In this document: positions 1 to 12,379 of the stretch, piece after piece
How positions within the stretch are numbered: the stretch's first letter is position 1
Layout: the number at the start of each line of letters is the position of its first letter
Assembly: GCA_021613535.1 (NCBI GenBank)
Contig: CP075494.1
Span: 13,454,001 to 13,518,000 of the forward strand
Length of the DNA stretch: 64,000 bases
From: Adineta vaga
Taxonomy: Eukaryota; Animalia; Rotifera
Direction: 5' to 3'
Notes under the pieces: generated by a model
Seen by the model: the letters and a program-made list of their open reading frames with translations, nothing else
What the model was told of the DNA's origin: nothing
The model's database searches: none
Made by a program: the position numbers and the translations under genes

Positions 1-587
1 GCCAGCCATCGGTCCCCTTCGTTGGGGTAGGTTAAAAATCAGTAATCTTGAAATATTATTAGGTTTGTTGAGCATTCTGAGTTACTCATCTGACATACAA
101 AATCAATATCATTTTTCTTTCTCAAGAGTTTAACAACAGACATAATTACGAAATTTTAATGTTTTTTCGTTTCTGTCAAAATAATGGTTAAAATTCTGAA
201 TGAAATTTTCAAAAGAAAACGAAAACGAAAACGAACTAATCGATTCATAGAAAACAATAAATTTAGTCAATACATGATAAAAGAAGTTAGATTTCATAAT
301 TGAAAGTGTCATAAAAATGGCACTAAACTGTCCTCCGTAGAAAATGAGAAAATTAGTGAAATTCCGCAACGAACGATGTTTTTTAAATAACTTCACTATG
401 GCTTGGGATAACTCAGTGGAATTTTCAGCGTTGGTAGAGCTAATTAATCTTCATATATGCCCGAAATTTCAGAAAGATCTCTCTTGTTATTGATGAGATA
501 AATATCTTACAAGTTGAAAAAAATGAAATTCCGTAACGCTTGGCCGTGCCGATATTCAAATTGGGAGGAATACTATCACGCCCTCTA
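1..587. mobile_element. Possible end of a non-autonomous DNA transposon/interspersed repeat, truncated by the window edge
   Basis: Non-coding stretch with GC-richer blocks (gccagccatcggtccccttcgttggggtagg; ...gggaggaatactatcacgccctc-ta) resembling rotifer interspersed repeats. The partner terminus is not in the window, so no TIR or TSD can be confirmed. Confidence 0.3.
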
Positions 588-3039
588 TCAACGGATTAAA
601 GCTTTATCAACAAAAATGATTTCACTTACTACTCACATCAATTAATCGAAATGCGTATCTATCTGTTCTTTTTTGATAGAAGATTAAAAGTAAATCTACT
701 CGTTCCATACAACTATTATTGTTGAATTTACACTACTTTAGATAAAAACGTCACAGTGCTTCTATAATACTTTTGGAAATTTAGAAAACATTTGTTGATC
801 TACGATTAGATAATTTCAACCGTCATAGGTAATTTCTTTACAATGAAAGGAGAGAACATAGTATAAAATCTGTTCTTTTTATACCCCAAGTTTATTCCTG
901 AACATCTGTCTATTTTCTATACATTTGATTCTTCGCCTCCCCAATAAAACCATTCAACCCTACAAATGCTTTTCAAGGTAAATTATGGTAGAAAAAAACA
1001 AACCACAATAACGCATCGTATAATGATAATAAAAACAATCAACAATGTTATTATTATTGCACAGGGAAAACGAATCACGTAGTTTGATTTGTTAATATTT
1101 CATCACCCGTCTAGTTATTTTATGATAATAAAAAATAAAAATCTTGTGAAATACGAGATCTTTTTCTGACTTATCATATTATTCATAATTAATCTAGTTA
1201 GATGAGTTGTTTTTTTCAATGTGAAAATCGATTTTTCGAACGCATGAAAAAAGAGACTCGGACCTTGAATAAGAATAGTACACTTACATGTTGCCGGTAA
1301 TATAAAGTAGAATGTCGTTCTCACGCCGATGCACGTTTTATTACAAATGGTATTGACTTGCACGCACTGCGTGCAAGCAAAAAAAATAAATAAAAGCTTC
1401 TAAAAAGAGAAGAAAAAAACCTATTAGTTATGAAAAGGATTTATACATTGTGATATGTGAATAATATATAAATGTATGCATATATATATACATATTCATC
1501 CAGGTAGATGAAGACGTCATAGAACATCGATAAATGTTGTATGGCATAGAATGTCTAGAAGATTGCAAGTGTTTTATTCTGATTGACGTGTAAATATCTG
1601 GAGTGAGTTGAAATACGTTTTTAATCGAATGGAGAATAAATATTCTTTTACTTGTTTTTCTTTCTGCGAACACTCCTTTTCTCATGTGACTATGTGAAGT
1701 AGAATATTCATCGAATTTTGCGGTTAGAATATTAGATGTGAGCCTATATTTCTTCTTCTTTTTTTCTTTCTTCTTTTCCCTTTAGAGCAAGAACAGACGA
1801 GAAAGAGGGAGAGAGAAAAATACGAACGTTAATTTTGTTTTTCTTATTCGAAACGTAAATATACACTTCATAAATGTATGAATATACATATATATAGCAT
1901 GTCAAATGGAATTATTTCCATAAAAAGAATAAAACAACTCTATCGTATAAAAGAGAGAAGAAAACGTGTTCATTGTAAAGTATACATTAAATATTAGAAA
2001 TGTGAAACCATCGACTTTTTCTTATCTAATGATAAATGTCACCTATTCTAAATAGTTCTCTTTCAAAGCTCATGTGATATTCTCTTATAATCAATCATTC
2101 GTTTCATTGACGTTTTCCGTGAATATTTCTAATCGGATTTGATGCTGAATTAGTCCTAATAAATAAATGTCAACTAATCGAAATATTATTCAAGGTGTCA
2201 TAAATAAATGATCATTTATCGTGATATTTAGATAAGAAAGAGAGAGAGAAAAAAACCCGTTTAATATCAAACGATCCTTTAAAGAATGAAGGTTTTATTT
2301 AGCATACGTTACATGTCTGAGATATTTCAGCTGTCGATCACAAAAAAACAACGTTTTTTTCCTAGGAAAATAAAAGATATAATCTGTCAAATGCATTCAA
2401 TGTGTATGCATTACTTGTGAATAAAGAATGAGTTTGTTAACTTACGTGGATTAAACATTTTGGACGGAGAAAAAAATTGACGTCAAGAAAAGATAGAGTT
2501 TTCTACCTACATGTAAATCTTTCATCGAGATGACGTCGACATTTCGGTTACTATGGAAATAGTGCAATTGAAATATGATCATTTTCTTTTAAAGACAATA
2601 TTTGACATCGATGTCAAATCATATGACATTAACATACGAATTTCTTATTTATCTGTAACTCTATAGTCATAAGAATACACTGATATATTCTCGATTATAT
2701 AAATAACATTGCCTTACTATTTCCAAATACGAATATATAACATACGCACACCAGATTACAAAAAGCAAACATTGATTTAATCATTAATCACACATACATC
2801 ACTCATTTTATTGATCAATAAGATCTCTCAATCTGTTTTATTTTTTTGTTTATTTCTCGAGTTTAGATAAAGTTGATACATAGAACTACAATGAAGTATT
2901 CTCGTTAAATGATTAATATAAAGCTGAACGAAATAAAAGGAGATAATTGAATTCACAAAAAGCAAAAGACAACACAAAAAATGATAGACTCTTATTTCTT
3001 TTTTTAGTGATTATATTTTATACATATTGATTTTCTTTT

Positions 3040-4270
3040 TTAACGATTATTGCTGTTCTTCTTTTGCTTATTTTCCGTCTAAATAAAAATAAAAACAAAG
3101 ATTAGTGATCGATAAGATAAAACACATACATTTTTCATTAAAATAATCAAAATTCGAATGAATAAATCCACCATATCAATAAATAAAAGAAGTGCATGTC
3201 TATAAAAGAAAATATATCATCTATATTTATCGATTTAATTTTAAAAAAAATCATCTACTTGACATAATTCATATCTCCATTGTTAGCTCGTTCAACAATC
3301 AATTGTGTATCAAAAAGAATATATCCGCATGCAATAGCCAAGCCAAGATAAAGATTAACCTAAATTGACAAAACATTTTTTTGTTTTGAGAAAATAAACT
3401 TGAAAAAGAAAATGATTGCGATTCATCGTTTACTGATTTGTGACACTCTTTTATCACGATGATAATTACAAATGACATACGTCAAAATTAATGACTATAA
3501 AAACCTAATTATCTACCGGTAATAAGACTTTTTCATGTCAGATACACAAGGTTGTTTCATGTAAAAACGTATCAATCTATAAACTTACATTAAAAATCAA
3601 TTGTGAACGTGCAAAGATGTTCATTAAACTTAAAACAAGTAAAATCGATGTGCCTGTACCAAGTAAACCTAAAAATGATCAAATTCAACGTGATATTCAC
3701 ATGATTTTCATTTCAAATCTTTACCTCCAAGATATAAATAAGTACGTTTTGTTGTTAACAATGCACTAAGACTAAAACAGACAAATATGACTGTTGTAAT
3801 TAAAAATGCTGTCATAACAATTTGTGGATCGACATGAATTGCTAAACTAATCAACGGACTTAAATATATGCCAGTAAATAGAGCTGTAGCAGACATTAAT
3901 GCAAAACATTGCTTTTGAGTACGTGCATTGAAATCCATTGAGGAAAGCCAAACACTGGTTATCATCGAAGCAAAAATTGCTAGACGAGGATAGTTGAGCC
4001 AACCATTCATGGATAAAAATATACCCAAAGTGGCACAAAATGTTGCGCCCATTAAACTAGTATAAACATTTTTTAAATGATTTTGAACTCTTGGTTGACT
4101 AGAGAGAATAAAGTTTCGTAAGTTGAAGAGAAAAAAAAAGAATAAAATACTTACAGAGTGGAAAAATCCAAAAGTGTTTTAAAATTGAATTTATTTGAGG
4201 TAGTTGATTTACCATTACCCCGAAATTGATTGATATTATCAAAGAATCCAAATGAGTTTGTTTGTGACAT
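3040..4270 (-). CDS. TMBIM6: Bax inhibitor-1 (TMBIM6 family), 6 exons
   Basis: Exons approx. 4270-4155, 4098-3725, 3668-3589, 3359-3259, 3199-3130, 3078-3040 with GT-AG ends. Motifs: HLKNVY, DPQIVMTAFLITTVIFVCFSLSAL, YLYLGG, YILFDTQLIVERA..GD.NYVKHAL.LFID.VDLF, and a Lys-rich tail. Confidence 0.93.
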
Positions 4271-4351
4271 GATTTGTCAGATTATCGATTAAAAAAAATC
4301 TCGAAATAAAATATCCTATTTATTTATTCGGTGCATATATATTAATAGTCG

Positions 4352-4366
4352 AGAAGGTTCGAGAAT
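4352..4366. promoter_or_regulatory. Heat-shock element (nGAAnnTTCnnGAAn) upstream of BI-1
   Basis: aGAAggTTCgaGAAt is a perfect three-unit HSE, ~80 bp upstream of the BI-1 ATG and next to a TATA-like run (~4336-4345). Confidence 0.6.
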
Positions 4367-4916
4367 TTATGAAAGAATATTGAATTTTTCTTTCGTTAAC
4401 CATTCTTTAGGATGAGTGATAAAAATATCTCTTTTGTCATATAAATGAGATGAAAAAAGATTAGAAAATAGAGGAAATTTGTCATATCTTACAGGTAATT
4501 GACTGAATGACGTAAAAACAAATTTATCCTATCTCATTTTAAAACGTGGAGAACAAGAAAATGAAAAAAATAACAACGATGTAATAGAAAATAAATCTTC
4601 CATTGGCCAATAAAGAACCAATCAGAATAAAACATCAACAAATTAGACTAAACGTAATTTAAATCTTTCCTATACATTTAAATAAAAATTACTTTTCGTA
4701 TATGAGAAGTAGAGAAAAAAAATCTCAAAAGAATACAATTATTGCAGACAATCAGTAACAGTGACATCTACAAACGAATACATAACCATGCGTATATGTA
4801 TATATTATTATAGAATAGTCATTTTCCATGTTTCTATGTTTTTTAATGAATACCTTCTTACATTCAATAAGAAGAAAAATGAAGATTTCATTAGGAAATA
4901 AAAATGATGGCTGTCA

Positions 4917-5950
4917 TTAAAACATCCTTAGATAAGGATGTCCTAGTAATTGTTGAGCAGAAGGTCGAACACTTGGATGCGAGGAAAGACTTCGTTTTAA
5001 ACAATCAGATAATGCACGGTCTCTCACTGGTGGAAATGGTATTGGTGCCATCGAAGAAATAGCCGCCACTTTTTGATTTCGATCCGTAATCCCGAAATAA
5101 GGTGGGCGACCATACGTCATTTCATAGAGAATTATACCAGCTGACCATACATCGGATTTATGACTTGTTTGATGTGAAAATACTTCAGGTGCCATATAAT
5201 CTAGAATATATGAAGTTATTTTAATTAATTAGATATCTTGTTTTTCATACCGAGAGTACCACGAACTCCTGTTCGTCGAACAGTCTGTCTTGGTGAAGTT
5301 ACACGAAAAGCAAGACCTAAATCAGTGACTTTGAGTACATTGTTTACTAAGATTAAATTATCCGGTTTAATATCAGCATGAACTTTAAAAGAAAATGAAA
5401 TCGATTGAATATATATTTAGAAAATTGTTTATCTTCAGATTTATTACCAACACGCATATCATGAAGATCTTTTAAAATAGTTACAATTTGTCTCCAATAC
5501 GATCGTTGAACTGCAGCATCTAATGGTATTCCATTTAGTTGTCGTCTGAAACTACCATCGCCTAATTCCATAATCATATAACCAATATTTTCTTGAGGTT
5601 TATATTCAAAATCGACTAACTGAACAAAATGTCTTGAGCGTCCAGAAAGAAGTCTTAAAAGACGTGCCTCTTTCTTGAAACTTTGGACTCGTTGTCGTAA
5701 ATCAGAAGGTGGATAGCGTGAAAAATAAAATACTTTTGCAGCATATTCAATAGCATTTTGATCTTCACATCTATATACAGTAGCTTCACTTCCTTGACCA
5801 ATTGTATCTAAGATACGATAGAAACGACCACCAACAGAAAATACTGGTGCTAAATATCAAATATATCATTGATTTTTTTTTCTTTTAATAGGAATAAACA
5901 AAAAAACATGTCATATATCTACCATCCTTCCTCGATGATCCAAGGCCCAT
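4917..5950 (-). CDS. Ser/Thr protein kinase, Mps1/TTK-like catalytic domain only, 4 exons
   Basis: Spliced product MGLGSSRKDAPVFSVGGRFYRILDTIGQGSEATVY...YAAK...MIMELG...VHADIKPDNLILVNNVLKVTDLGLA...GTLDYMAPE...KSDVWSAGIILYEMTYGRPPY...LLGHPYL. The subdomain VIb-IX pattern resembles TTK. Confidence 0.85.
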
Positions 5951-8830
5951 ATTGAGTTTCGATCTTACAAGAGTATCTTATATAAATAATTCGTAAAGAC
6001 CTTAATATTCGTCTTTGTTGTTGTTGTTGTTGTTGATGTTGTTGATGTTGGTAGTGATCACAGATACACAAGCTAAAATAGTTAAAAACCGATCACCTTG
6101 CTGATGAAAAACATTGTTTCATTTAGCTATATGGCTGTGGTTTTTCTTCTTTTCTTCGTAGATGGTTACAGTTTGATGCACACACCTATGTAACATGTCT
6201 GAAGTGATACCTTTACAGGTAAAAAAACCTGTCATCATATTGTTATTTTTTCATATATTGTCAGTAGAAATAAGAACTAATTTCTCATACATTTAACTGA
6301 TGGATCATCATTGACATCGAGAGAAAAAAAGAGTGAAGTATAAAAGTCATGTTTTGTACACGTCACAATTGAAGAAAAGAAAAAAATAAATCGATATGTT
6401 GATAATAATCATTGAATAATTTGATCTTAGTTGGATAAATATCAATAGAACGTATAAATGTGTCTATTTTAAAAAATATGAAAATTACTTTTTCTTCAAT
6501 TCAATTATTTCCTTCATATGGTTGTTTTTGCCGATCGAAAACAACTAATTATTGTTCTCACGAAATATTTTATTGATATACCGAACGATATGATTATATA
6601 AACATGAAAATTTTCAAGACATTCGACAGCTTATTCTTTTTTTGATAACTATCTAATGACTTAGCAATATCGATAGTTCGGTATCTATACATATGATATG
6701 CATAGTGAGAAGGACATTGATATAATTGCAATGAAACGATAATTAGAAATTCTAAATATCATAAACATGTTTATAGAAGGTTGACTCGTTGAGAAATAAA
6801 CTCCATTAGAGATCAAGGACAAAATCGAAAATCCTAAATCAAAAAATTTTGTTATTCAATAGTGAAATTATGTGTGTACAAGAAAAATAGTTTTGATGTT
6901 ATATATCAATCTCTCCTATACGAGTACTTTTCAAATAAATTCCAATTCGATTCGATACGATCTATTGTAATAGTTTTCATCAATGCAATATAAATGATCA
7001 TAAAAATGTATATATAAGAAATCATCATAGATGGCACGAATGGTCAGTATTAAAAGAATGACACTCTATCTGTTTGATATTATTGAACTGAACAGTTGTG
7101 TCTCTGTCTTCATATGAACCAATAGAAATGGATCCTTTGTTTTCCGATAACGATAACGGTGATCAATCGATATCACCTGGCAAAAAGTCTTTTCTTTTCT
7201 CTTCTTTTTTTCGGCCAAGTACGTTAATAATTTTCATTCATTTTATCATTTGCGCGTATGTTTTACTTTTTATAGTCTATTTATAATTCATTTATCCTTC
7301 ACGTATTCAATATAAGACAATTCTCTTAATAGGAATGTCTGTCTTTATTTATATAAAGATTTCGTCGTTCTTCTTTCATTGTTATTCGAGATATAAACGA
7401 ATGTGTATTAATTACGCTTCGAAAAAAAAAGAAAGAAAAGAGATTTCGTGATATGTCTAGATCTATAATGAATACTAAGACAGAAGGCAAGCTTTATTCA
7501 AGTATCATTATCTGAAAAAGAATAGATGCCTATATTAATGTACTACTACTACTAGATATTACAAGAATGTTTTATTTCTTATGCAAGTTTCTTTTATTCT
7601 TCGTCTTCTCTTCTTTCTCTTTTGAGGTCAGTTGGTCGTTGATAAAATTTGTAAAGTATGCATGTATGTATGTATGTATGTGATCTGTTCAACTTTATTA
7701 CATATTTCTTTTCTTCTTTCCCGTTCTTTAATGCTGCCTATGTAGGTAAGCATTGATCAAATCTCTGATCAAATAACCTACTCACATTGTCTCTAAGCAT
7801 ATACATACTTTTTCGGACTCTTTAACATGGAAGAACATTATCATACATCTCTTGTCAACAGCAAATATCCATATACTGTACGTAAGATGGAATGTTGAGT
7901 ACTCATTAGGTTTAACATTGTGTATGCGTGACTAGAGAAGATGTAGACAAGCTTAATCAGTAACGTTAGTACGTGTTTAGTGTTGTTTTTCTTTTGTGAA
8001 CAAATTCAATTCTCATTAGAAAAAAATCTAGTTCGTATTAAAATCTTATCAATGATTTGAACAAGATAACATATAGTCATTTTTTTATTTCGTGACAAAA
8101 TCATTGTACGAATCGGTAGAGCGATTCAATTCATCCAATATGATGATAGACCTATATACGTCTGTCTTCTTTATTTTTGCTTCATCGATCATTTTTTTTC
8201 TTCTTCATTTAATTGAGAAATGAGCCTTGAATTATTATTTTTCTCTTTCATTTTCTTCCTTGAATATAGGTTTCATTTTGAATGATCGGCTTGAATTATA
8301 CATTTATATATCAACATATGTATGATATTAATTGAACTTTAGTCTTTCTTCTTCGTCATTTTTTGACTAGAATACTCTACATACTGTTAATTGCCTCAAG
8401 CAATGAGTCGTCGGAGATAGGGAGACAGCGTGAAAAATAACGACGCTTCGAAAGACAATGAACAGAAGAAAGACGCATTGGTTAATATCATCGGCTTGAT
8501 ATAGACGGCGTTGAGTAGAAGAAGAAGCGAGAGAGAGAGAGAAGCTAAACAGTTGTTGGGTATCAAACGATAATAATGAGCAACCATCAAAAAGCGATGA
8601 TTACAACAAAAGCAGAATATGAGTTACTCTTAAACAAAAATGGGAATGCCGTAGAGAAACACTATTATGCGTCCGATATTTTGGTAAGTTCGTTCACTTC
8701 GAACAAGATATTGCGTATGCCGAGCCAATTAATTTACTATTGAATAGAATTTCTTTTGATTATATAAATCGATCATGCAATATGAATAAATCGATAATTT
8801 TAATGTAATCTGGTCTTTTTTATTTAGATT

Positions 8831-10669
8831 ATGGATCCAGATACTTATGGTGGTTCATTATCAAATGCTCTTCCTTCATCGTCATCGCATACAATTAGTA
8901 ATGAAACACGTTCATCATCTCGTCGCCATCAACATCATCATAAGAAACGAACAAATGATGGTACAATAACAATAGCACCTATTGCAACATCAACAGATAG
9001 TCAAGATGAACGTATTGAAGTTAAAATTCTTCCACAAGATGATAATTGGGGTGAAACAACAACGATTACTTGCAATGGTGGAAATGAAGATACATTAACC
9101 AATAATAATGATACAAGTTTACAATTGAATGAAAATAATCATCATGATCATTTACATGTCTTATCAAATAATCTTAACCGACGAACATTATCTTTAACAA
9201 TATCACAATTCGCTATCTATCTACTGTGTTTAATTGCTTTCATTACACCAATATTCTTTCTAACATTACCCTATACATTAGTAACATCAGATTCAATTTA
9301 TATCGAAGATTATTCGCCAATCTTAACAATTATTTTTAAACTTATTTTTTTACTCATGGGAACCTTTCTCTTATTATATCGACGTCGAAATAATACGTAT
9401 CTACCACGTATTCATCTACAAAAGACATGTCTAATATTTGTACTCTTATTTGTCCTTATTGTCTATTGGTTTTATTATATCTTTAAAATCTTACAACCAA
9501 AATTCGATTCTTACGAACGAGTTTTAACATTAACATCTACATATGAAGATTTACTTTTATTCATCTTGATTCTATCTATATTAATCGTAGAAGTGAAATG
9601 GTTATATCCAAAATGGATTGTTAAAGTTGTACGATCTCCTGATGGCCAAACAAGACAATATACAATTGGTAATAGATGATTGCTCATATATTTTGAAATA
9701 TTTCGTTTTCTTTTAAGGCTCAATGTCAATTCAAGAAGCAAGTGTTTATCTCATCGAACAATACTATAAAGATTTTCCTGTATTTAATCCCTGGTTGGAA
9801 AATGCTCAACAAACGCAAGGAAAACGTCACGGAGCATATTCAGCAAAATCAACTGGTTCACAATCCAATGCATCGACAGTTGTTGGAAATGGTTTAGATG
9901 GAACTATGGCACGATCAATGCGTGGCTTTAACGATAGGTAACATCATCATATTATTGATATTCGTGAGAGTATGAAATGAATAATGATATCGTATTTTAG
10001 ATTCTACGATGAACTTGATTATGAACGTCGTGTTCGTAAGAGACATATGAAATTATTAAGTTCGTGTGAAGATGCTTTTACACATGTTCGAAAATGTCTC
10101 AATGAAAAATATGGTTCCCATATACCAATGGATGCTCGAGAAGCAGCACAAGTAATTATTATGATTTTCTTTTATATTCTTCAAAAAATCAATTTGTTTT
10201 CTAGGCTGTATTTTCTTCAATGTCACGTTCTCTTCAAAAATATCTTCGATTAACTCGTCAACAACCTTATTTTACTCGTGAATCAATTATTTCTCATTTA
10301 TCAACATGTTTATCACATGATCTTTCTCCTCGAGCATTTCTTGAACGTTATGTTCAAACAGAATCCCAACCATTAGCAACATTACTTTTTCCTGCTCTTG
10401 CCTCGGTTACAAATAATCATCAAGAACAAACCTGGACATTGATTTGTGATCCTCAAACTGCAACAAATAATGAAGAAAGACAAGAAAAAGTTTCAATTAA
10501 TCAATCTATCTATCCAAATTTAACATTCGTCCTCAAACAACCACATGCAGAACATATTGCTTTGATATGTACATTTCATCAAATGCCACGAGTGAATTTA
10601 ATCGAAAAAATCTTCGATTCTAAACATAATAAGTTTGTTTTGAAATTAAATTCAGAAACATCTGTTTAA
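8831..10669 (+). CDS. Vang: Vang-like/Strabismus planar cell polarity protein, 4 coding exons
   Basis: ERIEVKILPQDDNWGETTT, four hydrophobic helices, VVRSPDGQTRQY, SIQEA..Y.KDFPVFNPWL, FYDELDYERRVRKR, MDAREAAQ, LQKYLR.TRQQP, and a C-terminal LNSETSV PDZ-binding motif. Confidence 0.95.
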
Positions 10670-10973
10670 TCTTAGCGTCCAAATTCACATAAAAGTCAGA
10701 TATATTTTTTACGAATTTCGTTTTGATGATGATTAGATCTCTCAAACAATTCAGATATATACATATCTTCAATGATCGTTGCATTTTCTTTTGTCTCCTG
10801 CATGTATATGTTTAATATACTTACTCTTTTCTTTTTTGCTTCTCTTCCTTTTCTATGTGTGTTCAATGTTAATTAATGAAAGAGAAGATATTGTGTATGT
10901 ACTATGAAATAAATCAATAAGAGATGTACGCCAATTTTATTATCATTAATTAGGAAAAAACAAAAGAACAAAT

Positions 10974-11999
10974 CTATTTGTTTTCATTTTTATCAGAATA
11001 AAATTGCAGAGCAACTCCATTGATACAATAGCGCATATAAGTAGGTTGTGGACCATCATCAAATACATGACCCAAATGAGCTTTACACTAAAATAGAATG
11101 ACAAAGATTTAGTTTTCTGATCATTTCCAATTAACAAATACGAACTTTTGAACAATGTACTTCTGTTCGAATCATTCCATACTTTTCATCAGTATGTGTT
11201 GCTACATTTTCTTCAATTTTTGATTGATAAAATGATGGCCATCCTGTACCACTATTGTATTTATGCTTTGAACTATTTGAGATCTTTTCATAAACAAACA
11301 AAGCTTCGAAATTTTATCAATTACCTGAATAATGTAGAATTACACACCGCACAAGTATATATACCTGATTGTTTATTTGTATATAATTCACTTGTAAATG
11401 CCTGAAATAAGATGAAAGTTATTATTGAAATCAATAAACATAAATTTACCTCTTCAGTACCACTTAATTGTGTTACTTTATACGCTAATAAACTTAGTTT
11501 ATCAATATTATGATACCATGAAGCTATTACAATATGAATACTTATGAATATATTTTATTAGAACATAAAACTTACGAGTTTCAATGACATTAATAATCAA
11601 ATGTTTTGCTTGTTTTTCTTTTTGCTCCGTAACTGGTACAGTTAGATCACCGATATAAGTTAAATTATTTTGACCTGTTAGAATTCTTGCGGAAAGCGTG
11701 TAAGTATTATGTGGATTGATTTCTGCCAATGGATATTTGAGTTTAAAGGGAAAATTAAACGATGAAACGGTGCGATTTGTATAAAGTTTGATTTTTATTC
11801 TTGCTATCGAGCGAGGACGATCATTACGAGTAAGACGAAGTTCAACTAATAAATGAGCATTTTTATCTCCATTTGGTAATGAACCATTTCCACGAACTTC
11901 ACCACGAATAATTGCATGAGTCAATCGTTTCGATGAGGAGATTGTTAGATGAAAAGAGAAAGTAATGAAAACATATACGAATAATTGATGATATTTCAT
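10974..11999 (-). CDS. Secreted fusion: signal peptide + YbaY/YscW-like domain + methionine-R-sulfoxide reductase B (MsrB/SelR), 5 exons
   Basis: Introns 11575-11524 and 11449-11402, plus two more, keep the frame. MsrB part: [47 protein letters not shown]...[36 protein letters not shown]-terminal part: [24 protein letters not shown]...LTYIGD..VPV, which resembles YbaY. Confidence 0.85.
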
Positions 12000-12379
12000 G
12001 ATTGAAAGAAAGAAGATTCTCAATGTAGTAAAATTGTTCTTTAAATAAAGAAATAAAAGATTGTCTTATCACAATGTGGGTAATATGATCAGTTCGTTTG
12101 TGGTTTGAATGCTTTGATGTTATCAATTTAAGAAGAAAATCGAGAAGATGAAGTAAGGTTAAAGGTTAGAAGTTTGCATCATGGACAAATATCATACTGT
12201 TAAAAGTAATTGATTTTTTACTTTCTTAAAGAACTTCTTCTTTAAATTTTATTCTGTTCGAAGTTTAGGATTTCACTAAATCTATTAGAACAAGAGAAAA
12301 ACAAAAGTGAATAAAATAAAATAAACAATCTATTCTAAAAGTTAGGAAGGATATCCGCAGAGGAATATTTTTGATCAAC

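Noticed and set aside
7098-7286. Alternative first coding exon of Vang (MDPLFSD...)
   Set aside because: The available donors are phase 1, while the Vang acceptor needs phase 0.
10974-11100. Selenoprotein-type MsrB1
   Set aside because: The catalytic codon is TGT (Cys) and there is no in-frame TGA.
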